In this document: positions 43,904 to 52,600 of the stretch, piece after piece | Position numbering within the stretch: position 1 is the first letter of the stretch | Layout: every line of letters begins with the position of its first letter | Source: Flavobacteriales bacterium | GTDB taxonomy: Bacteria; Bacteroidota; Bacteroidia; Flavobacteriales_D; Sanyastnellaceae | Direction of reading: 5' to 3' | DNA: 64,000 bases | NCBI GenBank assembly: GCA_027491075.1 | Contig: JAIXWX010000016.1 | Coordinates: forward strand, 22,582-86,581 | Made by a program: the position numbers and the translations under genes | Notes under the pieces: generated by a model | Told to the model about the DNA's origin: nothing | What the model saw: the letters and a program-made list of their open reading frames with translations, nothing else | Database searches by the model: none

Positions 43904-44581
43904 ATGGAGCCCATTTTACGCAGTGCCAATCAACTTTCTGAAGACTGGATGTTTCCTGTCTTTGTTTTGTTGTTATTGGGATTCGCGTACATACGATCTA
44001 CTTATAACATTGGATTAAAAAACACTTGGCGCTCTTCGTTCAATGTTCTCTGGCTCCGTCAAACCATGCGGGAAGAGTCCAATGTCCCGAAAGAATACAT
44101 AATTCTTCAGATTAACTTTTTCATTCTTATTGGGCTTTCTCTTTATTGTCTCGCGAAATTCTTCCAGTGGAACATTCTATCGCTCCACGGATTTTTGCTT
44201 TTTCTATTTTTTACGGCAATTGTGGCGCTTATTTATGGCATCAAAACGCTAGGTATTTTTATCATCCGGTTTTTAGTAGATGGCGATTTTTCTTTGTCCG
44301 AATACCTTTACAATTTGTTTTTATTGCATCGACTACTGGCTCTTTTTCTGTTTTTGCCTGTTGTTTTGTTGTGCTATAGCCCTCTTGAGAACACTCCTTC
44401 TATATTGATTATCATAGGTTTATTCCTTTCTGTATTCTATTTATATAGGCTTAGCAGAGGGTTAATAAATGCTTTGCGTTCAGATGTAGGAGCGTTTTAT
44501 ATCTTTTTCTACATTTGCACCCTCGAAATTCTGCCTTTGCTTCTAACAGCTAAGTTTATATTAATTCAGCGCATTGGATAA
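43904..44581 (+). CDS. DUF4271-like polytopic membrane protein
   Basis: It has about 6 TM helices. Its position directly upstream of hemD matches the usual Flavobacteriia arrangement as I remember it. Confidence 0.65.
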   Translation: MEPILRSANQLSEDWMFPVFVLLLLGFAYIRSTYNIGLKNTWRSSFNVLWLRQTMREESNVPKEYIILQINFFILIGLSLYCLAKFFQWNILSLHGFLLFLFFTAIVALIYGIKTLGIFIIRFLVDGDFSLSEYLYNLFLLHRLLALFLFLPVVLLCYSPLENTPSILIIIGLFLSVFYLYRLSRGLINALRSDVGAFYIFFYICTLEILPLLLTAKFILIQRIG

Positions 44582-44623
44582 AGTCAGAGCCGGAAAGAAA
44601 CGACATAATTGGTAACCGCTTTT

Positions 44624-45370
44624 ATGCCAGAAAAAGTCAAGACAGTATTAATCACGCAGCAGGACCCCGGCGCAGAAAAGAACCCGTACACTGACCTTGC
44701 GAAAAAATTTAAGCTCAAGATCGATTACCGCCCATTCATACATGTGGCCGGTATAGAATCCTTAGAGTTTCGTCAGCAACGTGTAGACATTCTGGAACAC
44801 AGTGCCGTGATATTCACGAGTAGGAATGCCGTGGATCATTACTTCCGTCTTGCAAAAGAGATGCGTTTAGCAATTCCGGAAACGATGAAGTATTTTTGTA
44901 TGTCCGAGGCAATTGCTTATTACTTGCAGAAATACATTCAGTTTAGAAAGCGCAAAATCTTCTTTGGCCACAGCACTTTTAACGAGCTGATGGAGCCTAT
45001 CAAGAAACACAAAACCGAGCGTTTTCTACTACCCTGTTCCGATATTTTAAAGCCCAGCATTCCAGAATCTTTAGATAAAGAAAAAATTCAGTACAACAAG
45101 GCGATCATGTATCGCACCGTTTGCAGTGACTTGAGTGATTTGGCAGATGTGAAATATGACATGCTGGTCTTCTTCTCACCCTCTGATATTGAGTCTTTAT
45201 TCAAAAATTTTCCAGATTTCAAGCAGAATAACACACGGATTGCGGTTTTTGGAACCACAACAGCCAAAGCCGTTGAAGATGCCAAATTGCGCATTGATGT
45301 AATGGCTCCAACACCGAAAGCTCCCTCAATGAGCATGGCGATTGAGCAATACATACAAGACAATAAATAA
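44624..45370 (+). CDS. hemD: uroporphyrinogen-III synthase
   Basis: The HEM4-like two-lobe pattern (AVIFTSRNAVDHYF...MLVFFSPSDIESLF...AVFGTTTAKA) is present. The protein is about 248 aa. I prefer the ATG at 44624. Confidence 0.75.
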   Translation: MPEKVKTVLITQQDPGAEKNPYTDLAKKFKLKIDYRPFIHVAGIESLEFRQQRVDILEHSAVIFTSRNAVDHYFRLAKEMRLAIPETMKYFCMSEAIAYYLQKYIQFRKRKIFFGHSTFNELMEPIKKHKTERFLLPCSDILKPSIPESLDKEKIQYNKAIMYRTVCSDLSDLADVKYDMLVFFSPSDIESLFKNFPDFKQNNTRIAVFGTTTAKAVEDAKLRIDVMAPTPKAPSMSMAIEQYIQDNK

Positions 45371-45392
45371 TTAGCATATTCTTCGCATATAA

Positions 45393-45419
45393 GGCCGTTA
45401 TTCAACGGCCTTTTTTTTT
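45393..45419 (+). terminator. rho-independent terminator GGCCGTT-ATTC-AACGGCC followed by T9
   Basis: A 7-bp stem and T9 run lie 23 nt after the hemD stop. Confidence 0.8.
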
Positions 45420-45446
45420 GCTTTCCCCTGTCTTTCTTTGCGCCGA

Positions 45447-46556
45447 ATGAGTGATACCAATGAACTGTTACACCTAGTGGCACTTTCTTTTGTTCCTGGG
45501 ATTGGGCCAGCTAAGGCTAAAAACCTGCTCGCTTTTTTCGGGAGTGCCGAGGCCATTTTCAATGAAAAGAAAAAAGCCTTGTTGCGCGTGCCTGAGATTG
45601 GTCCTGTATCAGCTACCGCAATTTCTTCCGGTGATTATCTTTCCTTAGCGGATGAGGAGTTGCGCTTTAGCTATCAGAAGGGCCTCAAGGTGTTGCCAAT
45701 ATATTCAGAGGCTTATCCTTCCCGTTTGCGACAGTGCTCGGATGGTCCCATCGTGTTGTTCTATCGGGGTGAAACCGATCTTAATATTCGGCCTGCAGTG
45801 GCCATGGTCGGTACGCGCAGCGCAACCTCCTATGGCAAGAAATGCGTTGATCTTTTGATAGATGGCTTAGCGCCTCTCGATCCATTAATAGTAAGTGGTT
45901 TGGCCTATGGGATTGATATTTACTCGCATAAAAAATCTCTAGAAAACAAATTGAGCACTATTGCTTGCTTGGCACATGGATTAGATCGAGTTTATCCTCC
46001 TACCCATGCAGAAATCGCTCGGCGCATGTGTGAAGAAGGAGGGGGGCTTTTAACGGAGTTTCCTCAGGGAACTCGCCCGGATCGGGAATTGTTTCCTTCC
46101 AGGAATAGAATTATCGCTGGCATGACCGACTGCACAGTTGTTGTTGAAACCGACCGAAAGGGGGGGAGCATCATCACCGCTCATCTTGCTTCAGATTATG
46201 GGCGCGAGGTGTGTGCTTTTCCTGGAAGGATTGACGATCGGCACAGCTGGGGGTGCAATGAGCTTATAAAAAAGAATGTTGCTGCGCTGATTGAATCGGC
46301 GGATGACTTAATTCAGTTAATGCAATGGACGCCCCGATCGAGAGACAAAAAGCAACCCTCGCTTTTTGAGCACCTTGATGAGACAGAGTTAAAACTATAT
46401 CGCCATTTGCGCTCCCAGCATCGGCTTAGTCTTGATGCTATTTCACATTGGTTAGGGCTCAATTTGAGCCTTTCCAACGCCTTGTTGCTAGAAATGGAAT
46501 TCAAGGGCGCGGTAAGGTCTTTGCCCGGAAAATTGTATGAGGCGTGTGGGATATAA
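45447..46556 (+). CDS. dprA: DNA-processing protein DprA (Smf)
   Basis: It has the N-terminal SAM-like segment VPGIGPAKAKNLL. The Rossmann-like block reads VSGLAYGIDIYSHK...FPSRNRIIAGMTDCTVVVETDRKGGSIITA. A C-terminal winged helix follows. Confidence 0.9.
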   Translation: MSDTNELLHLVALSFVPGIGPAKAKNLLAFFGSAEAIFNEKKKALLRVPEIGPVSATAISSGDYLSLADEELRFSYQKGLKVLPIYSEAYPSRLRQCSDGPIVLFYRGETDLNIRPAVAMVGTRSATSYGKKCVDLLIDGLAPLDPLIVSGLAYGIDIYSHKKSLENKLSTIACLAHGLDRVYPPTHAEIARRMCEEGGGLLTEFPQGTRPDRELFPSRNRIIAGMTDCTVVVETDRKGGSIITAHLASDYGREVCAFPGRIDDRHSWGCNELIKKNVAALIESADDLIQLMQWTPRSRDKKQPSLFEHLDETELKLYRHLRSQHRLSLDAISHWLGLNLSLSNALLLEMEFKGAVRSLPGKLYEACGI

Positions 46557-46681
46557 AACTCTGTGAACAACTCCTGTGTGAATAATGTGCTCTGAAATGA
46601 AATAATAGAGGTAAAATTCTCATTAACTTGCAATCGAATTTTGATTTTCGCTCGTATTCGGAACAGTAAAAAACATACGCA

Positions 46682-47104
46682 ATGTCATCACATCAAAGAA
46701 CCATCACTTTTCCATCCCAGGTAGATAACATTACCATCGTAGAACGCTTGATTGATGAGCTCTTTGCGGAGTACAAAGTGAAAGAAGATTATTACGGGGA
46801 GTTGTTGATTGCGATGACTGAAGCCGTCAATAATGCCATTGTTCATGGCAACAAGTTGGATGCGTCCAAGCAAGTATCCGTGACCTTTAGTGTCAGTGAT
46901 CGCCACATGGTATTTAAGGTAGAAGATGAGGGTCCTGGTTTCGATTATGATAGTCTTCCTGATCCGACCGCTCCGGAGAACATAGAAAAGCCTCATGGCC
47001 GAGGAGTCTTTTTAATGCGGCATTTAGCCGATGAATGCCTATTCGAAGACGAGGGGCGCGTTTGTATATTGAAGTTTGCTGTTTTAGAGCCTGTTGTGGC
47101 ATAA
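46682..47104 (+). CDS. RsbW/SpoIIAB-like ATP-binding protein (HATPase_c_2, anti-sigma-factor-type Ser kinase)
   Basis: It has the N-box EAVNNAIVHGN and the G-boxes EDEGPGFD and HGRGVFLM. The protein is 140 aa. No STAS or sigma partner gene is adjacent. Confidence 0.75.
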   Translation: MSSHQRTITFPSQVDNITIVERLIDELFAEYKVKEDYYGELLIAMTEAVNNAIVHGNKLDASKQVSVTFSVSDRHMVFKVEDEGPGFDYDSLPDPTAPENIEKPHGRGVFLMRHLADECLFEDEGRVCILKFAVLEPVVA

Positions 47105-47128
47105 TTCTAAAAGACATATTCTTCGAGA

Positions 47129-47169
47129 AATCCCGGACTGGCAGAAGCCAATCCGGGATTTTTGTTTTT
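47129..47169 (+). terminator. terminator AATCCCGGA-N14-TCCGGGATT followed by TTTGTTTTT
   Basis: A 9-bp perfect stem is followed by a T-rich tail. It lies 25 nt after the stop at 47104. Confidence 0.7.
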
Positions 47170-47240
47170 AACAGCGTCCTCTTGACTGATTCTTTGTGGC
47201 CAAGAATCCACTTGTGCTATTAAGGCTGATCTTTGGGGTC

Positions 47241-47663
47241 ATGAAGCCTACGATACGCTTTTATAACGAAGATATACGCTTTGTTTTGCCTCAGAAGGCC
47301 AATTACAGGTCTTGGATAGCCGCTGTTGCCCACCAATTTGGTAAAAAAGTGGGGGAGTTAACCTTTATCTTCTGTTCAGACGAGCACTTACTATCCATCA
47401 ACAAACAATTCTTGGCCCACGACTATTTTACAGATATCATCACCTTTGATTACAGCACGGAAGATACCATTGCGGGAGACATTTATATTTCCATAGACCG
47501 TGTTCAAGATAACGCTTCAAAATTTCTTGTTGATAAGAATTTGGAACTTCAACGCGTTGTTATTCATGGAGTTTTGCATCTTTGTGGCCTCAAAGATAAG
47601 AGTGAAAATGATCAAAAAAAGATGAGAACGGCAGAAGAAAATGCTCTTCATTTTTTCAAATAA
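47241..47663 (+). CDS. ybeY: rRNA maturation RNase YbeY
   Basis: It has the zinc motif HGVLHLCGLKD. From the ATG at 47241 the protein is about 140 aa, so I prefer that start over the GTG at 47196. Confidence 0.9.
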   Translation: MKPTIRFYNEDIRFVLPQKANYRSWIAAVAHQFGKKVGELTFIFCSDEHLLSINKQFLAHDYFTDIITFDYSTEDTIAGDIYISIDRVQDNASKFLVDKNLELQRVVIHGVLHLCGLKDKSENDQKKMRTAEENALHFFK

Positions 47664-47679
47664 AAATTCAAAAAATAAT

Positions 47680-47692
47680 GTTTCACGTGGAA
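47680..47692. repeat. CACGTG-core motif copy 1: GTTTCACGTGGAA
   Basis: It lies in the ybeY-mnmG spacer and ends 10 nt before the mnmG ATG. It is the exact reverse complement of copy 2. Confidence 0.7.
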
Positions 47693-47702
47693 CACTTTCA
47701 AA

Positions 47703-49577
47703 ATGTATAAAAAGTACGATATTATAATTGTCGGTGCAGGTCATGCTGGAAATGAGGCTGCAATTGCCGCATCCAAACTTGGAAAACAGACTCTTTTGAT
47801 CACAATGGACATGACCAAAATCGGACAAATGTCTTGTAATCCAGCAATGGGTGGTATAGCTAAAGGACAGATAGTGAGGGAAATAGATGCGCTTGGCGGT
47901 ATGTCCGGCATTGTTTCAGACAAGAGTGCAATTCAATTCAGAATGTTAAATCGATCCAAAGGTCCAGCGATGTGGTCACCGAGAACACAGAATGACCGCA
48001 TGCTTTTCGCTGAGGAATGGCGGCTCGCTCTAGAATCCATGCCCCTTGTAGATTTTTGGCAAGACATGGTCAAAGAAATTATCGTTTCCAACAATCGAGT
48101 TACCGGTGTAATCACTGGAATGGGAATACAGTTCAACGCAGACGCCGTGGTGCTTACCAATGGAACATTTCTCAATGGAGTCATACACATTGGTGAAAAA
48201 CAGTTTGGCGGTGGTAGAATAGGGGAGAAACGCGCCGAGGGACTTACCGAACAGCTTACCTCCCTTGGGTTTCGCAGCGGACGGCTCAAGACGGGGACAC
48301 CGCCAAGAATAGACGGTCGAAGCCTGAACTACGGCAAAATGGAAGAGCAAAAAGGTGATGAGATTCCCGTGAAATTCTCCTACTCACCCAATACGCATCC
48401 GCTTAAAAAGCAACGCAGCTGTTGGATTACCTATACGAACGAACAGGTACATGAAGTCCTTCAAACAGGCTTTGAAAAAAGTCCCATGTTTACAGGCCGC
48501 ATCCAAGGAGCTGGTCCGCGTTATTGTCCGTCCATAGAAGACAAAATCAATCGTTTCGCTGACAAGGACCGGCATCAAATCTTTGTAGAACCAGAGGGAT
48601 GGAATACCGTCGAGATCTATGTCAACGGATTCAGCACAAGCCTTCCAGACGACGTTCAATACAAAGCTCTACAACTCATCCCTGGCTTTGAACAAGCTAA
48701 AATGTTTAGACCAGGATATGCCATAGAATACGACTACTTTCCGCCAGATCAACTTAAACACACTCTTGAGTCCAAAGACGTTGAAAACCTCTTTTTTGCC
48801 GGTCAGATAAACGGCACCACTGGATACGAAGAAGCAGCTTGTCAAGGATTAATCGCCGGAATCAACGCCGCACTCAAAGTCGCTAACAGAGATCCTTTTG
48901 TCCTTCGAAGGGATCAAGCTTATATCGGGGTGCTCATAGACGATTTAATAACCAAGGGGACAGACGAGCCCTACCGGATGTTTACCAGTCGAGCAGAATA
49001 CCGCACGCTATTGCGCCAAGACAACGCCGACGAACGCCTCACACCACTGGCATTTGACCTCGGGCTTCAGGACAAAGCCGCGATTACCCGTGTAGAGCGA
49101 AAATTAGGCGGTAAAAACGAATTTATATCCTACTTAACGTCTCTCACTATTGAGCCCGATCAAATAAACGATTTATTGGCCTCTAAAGCATCCTCGCCGA
49201 TCAATCAAAAGGTCAAAGCGTCTCAACTACTGTCCCGACCGCAGGTAGAGCTTTCCGATTTTCTTCAAGCGCCTCTTGGAATCGATACGAAGCTTCAAGA
49301 GTACGGAGAACTAGCCATGGAAGTAGGAGAGCAGGCTGAAATTCAAATAAAGTACGAAGGTTACCTCATCAAGGAAAAGGAATTGGCGGACAAAATGAGT
49401 CGCCTCGACCATGTGCCTCTACCGATTCATTTTGATTATTCCAAACTCACCAGTTTGAGCATGGAAGCCAGATTGAAACTCGAAAAAATACGTCCTGAGA
49501 CTTTGGGCCAAGCGAGCCGTATTAGCGGAGTCAATCCAAGCGATATCAGTATCCTCCTTGTGCATCTTGGTCGTTAG
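47703..49577 (+). CDS. mnmG: tRNA uridine-5-carboxymethylaminomethyl(34) synthesis enzyme MnmG (GidA)
   Basis: It has the FAD motif [29 protein letters not shown], and [11 protein letters not shown]. The protein is 624 aa. Confidence 0.97.
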   Translation: MYKKYDIIIVGAGHAGNEAAIAASKLGKQTLLITMDMTKIGQMSCNPAMGGIAKGQIVREIDALGGMSGIVSDKSAIQFRMLNRSKGPAMWSPRTQNDRMLFAEEWRLALESMPLVDFWQDMVKEIIVSNNRVTGVITGMGIQFNADAVVLTNGTFLNGVIHIGEKQFGGGRIGEKRAEGLTEQLTSLGFRSGRLKTGTPPRIDGRSLNYGKMEEQKGDEIPVKFSYSPNTHPLKKQRSCWITYTNEQVHEVLQTGFEKSPMFTGRIQGAGPRYCPSIEDKINRFADKDRHQIFVEPEGWNTVEIYVNGFSTSLPDDVQYKALQLIPGFEQAKMFRPGYAIEYDYFPPDQLKHTLESKDVENLFFAGQINGTTGYEEAACQGLIAGINAALKVANRDPFVLRRDQAYIGVLIDDLITKGTDEPYRMFTSRAEYRTLLRQDNADERLTPLAFDLGLQDKAAITRVERKLGGKNEFISYLTSLTIEPDQINDLLASKASSPINQKVKASQLLSRPQVELSDFLQAPLGIDTKLQEYGELAMEVGEQAEIQIKYEGYLIKEKELADKMSRLDHVPLPIHFDYSKLTSLSMEARLKLEKIRPETLGQASRISGVNPSDISILLVHLGR

Positions 49578-49586
49578 ACGTAACCT

Positions 49587-49599
49587 TTCCACGTGAAAC
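49587..49599. repeat. CACGTG-core motif copy 2: TTCCACGTGAAAC
   Basis: It starts 9 nt after the mnmG stop and ends 30 nt before the TTG start of the PKD gene. Confidence 0.7.
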
Positions 49600-49606
49600 G
49601 AGTAAA

Positions 49607-49630
49607 AAGCGGACCCTATAAAGTCCGCTT
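49607..49630 (+). terminator. hairpin AAGCGGAC-N8-GTCCGCTT (possible mnmG terminator) overlapping the next start codon
   Basis: It has an 8-bp perfect stem. The last stem base (49630) is the first base of the TTG start codon at 49630-49632. The downstream sequence TGAATATT is only weakly T-rich. Confidence 0.4.
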
Positions 49631-52600
49631 TGAATATTACCAACATACTAACCGTCTTGATTCTCTCGACTATAAGCTCCTTAGGCTTGAGTCAAGTAAC
49701 AATACAAGCGGAAGATCCATCCGGTTGTGCGCCTTTTGGGGTTATAATAAACGTCACACAGCCGACATCTGGAATTTCTACTTACTCTTGGACCATTACC
49801 ACTCCCAGTGGCTCCATCCTTACCGCTTCCAGCCCACAGTATATTTCGATTTTTAACACCCCCGGAACATACGATGTTAGCTTAACCATCAACGGTTCAC
49901 AAACAGTAACTCACACTGATTTCATTACTGTTTACGCTCGTCCAATCGCGTCATTCTCTGTAGATGATCCATCTGGCTGTTATCCACACTGCGTTCAATT
50001 CTCAAATACATCAGTAGCAGGATCAGCCCCTATAACCAGCACCTCCTGGGATTTCGGAAACGGCAATACTTCAAACGAAATCTCACCTTCGTATTGCTTT
50101 CCCGCAGCAGGTAATTTCAGCCCCATTCTTAGCGTTGCCGATGCCAATGGGTGCTTCTCGAATTATTCTGCCCCTACTCCGATTCAAGTACACTCCAACT
50201 TCCCTAATGCCTCTATTACCACATCCACGCCGGTAGTTTGCGGTGCGCCTGGTACCCATCAGTTCCTGAATGGTTCCACGGGAAACTCAGCACTTTCTTA
50301 TACTTGGAGCTTTGGAGATGGTCAAACATCCACTTCGTCCTCATCATCAATCAATCACACCTACGATGCAGAAGGTGTTTATCAAGCTTGTATCGTTGCC
50401 ACCGATTCGGAACAATGTTCGAACGAGGATTGTATATCAGTTTCTGTCCTAAACAATCCTGTAGCCACTTTCACCACAACCGACAATGAACTATGCACTG
50501 GTCAACCGCTTGGATTCAATCCTAGTGCCGCTCCACAGGCAACCAGCGTTCAATGGGATTTCAACGGCGACGGAGTAATAGATAACACCTCATACTCTCC
50601 GTCCTTCACCTATACTTCACCTGGAATATATGAGACTGTACTCATCGCTCAATTTGGCGGCGGTTGTAGTTCAACATTCACTGGTAGCCCCATACTCGTT
50701 CATCCAGGAATACTTCTCAGCATTTCCGCAGAACAAACTGCTGGCTGCTCCTTGCCTTTTGAAACAAATATTACCGCTACCGTTGTTGGCGAAGGTCCTT
50801 TCACCTACGACTGGTTAATCAACGGCGCCGTAGCGGGAAACACACCGGTGATTCATCCTACATTCAATTCCCTCGGGACTTACGGCGTCACTCTCATTGT
50901 TACTAATTCCAATGGCTGTGCGGCCGGAGCAGCGCAAGGAGGAATGATTCAGATATCTGAAACCGCATTATCCTTCTCCGTGCCCGAACAAATTTGCCAC
51001 GGGGACAGCCTTGTGCCCACTGATATCAGTCTTTCCGACGGTCAAGAAATCAGCACATTCTCTTGGGACTTTGACGGAGATGGAATAGAAGACAGCGATT
51101 CAGCTCATCCTTTTCATCTATATGACCAAGCGGGAACATACACGGTAACACTCACCGTTGAAACAAGCAACGGTTGTGTCATCACCACACAAGCTCCCCA
51201 CCCGGTTATTGCACAAGCGCCATTGTTGCCCTCCTTCACGTCCAGCACCTCTATCAGCTGCGCTGGCGAGGCCGTGGAATTCTGCATTCCGTCCATTAAT
51301 GGCAACACCTATTCTTGGAACTTTCATGATCAAAGCGGATGGATTACCATGTCGGATACAGAAACATGTATTGAACACATGTATGAGGACACAGGCTATT
51401 TCGATGTTTCTCTTTCTATCGTGAATGGTGTTTGTTCTTTGATTGATACTCTTGAAAACTACATCTACATTGAGCCTCCTGTTGCATTGTTTGAGTACTC
51501 CGTTGATTGCCAAGATTTGGTAACCGTCACCGTAAGTGATCAGAGTATTGGTGCTGAAGGATTGTCATGGGATTTTGGCGACGGCAGCCCAGCAGTCACC
51601 AATGTAACTGAATACACACACGTTTACAGTCAAATGGGGGAGTACTCCATTGTGCTAACAGCGACCAGTAGCACCATGAGTTGTCCTGATACAAAAACGC
51701 ACACCCTTTTTCTTCGTCCACCTCTGTCCACTGTTACGTTCTCCGATACGCTAGGTTGTGGACCACTCACCTTTCAACTTTCAGAAAATCAATATAACGC
51801 TCACTGGGACGTGCAAGTCAGTAATGGGGACCAACTCCACATTGATTGGAGTGACACTCAAGACATGTGGCATGTTCAATACAGCCATGCAGATACCACA
51901 GAAGACTACTACACTGCTGTCGGACCCTTTCCTTCACTTGTTCTAACAGAAGAAGGATGCTATAATTTCACTATTCAAGCTGTCAACGAGTTTGGATGTC
52001 CCAGCAGTGCATATTATGAAAACGCTGTATGTGTGTTATCCGATGCCGACTTCGCCGATTTTCAAATTATACCCATAGAAACCTGCGACTCCGTGGCCAT
52101 TCAATTCATCGCTAATGATGCAAACATCGTATCGACTGCTTGGACGTTCAACGATGGACAAAGTGCAACAGGTTCTGACATTCTTCATGTTTACACCCCT
52201 CCCTATGATTATGCGACAGGAATAACGGCAACCTTATCCGCAGAAGATATTCATGGCTGTACAAGCGTTATAACAAGAGCAATACCCATTGACTTGCCTG
52301 CCATACCCGCATTTTCTGTTACTGGCACGCCAAATTGTGAAAACACACCTATTTCATTTGAGTCCACGTCTCAGGGGTCTATATCCCAAACCGAATGGAT
52401 ATTCGGTGATGGAAATCAACTGATAGGCGGAACTTCTGTAACACATTCCTATGCCGAGTCTGGATATTACGATGTATGTCTGCAAGTGACGAGTGCATCC
52501 AACGGCTGTGTTCGAGAAGTGTGTTCCGATAATATTGTTCATATCAACAATCCAGCAGTTGAATTCACGTACACCACGAGCATCAATAATTGTTTGCTTG

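Noticed and set aside
47664-47702. Possible replication origin near mnmG (gidA), with the CACGTG motif acting as a DnaA box. A perfect TTATCCACA lies at 49980-49988 and a TGTGAATAA at 63392-63400.
   Set aside because: The motif differs from the DnaA-box consensus at 2 of 9 positions. The single perfect box lies inside the PKD coding sequence, which is compatible with chance. There is no cluster of boxes, no dnaA gene, and no AT-rich unwinding element next to boxes.
47678-47710. A 10-codon upstream ORF ([10 protein letters not shown]) covers motif copy 1 and overlaps the mnmG start. The peptide FHVE also appears in frames across motif copies 2 and 4.
   Set aside because: The shared peptide is simply the translation of the shared DNA motif. 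Copy 3 hits a stop immediately (FHV*), and copy 2 would be read antisense to mnmG. There is no independent support for a leader peptide.
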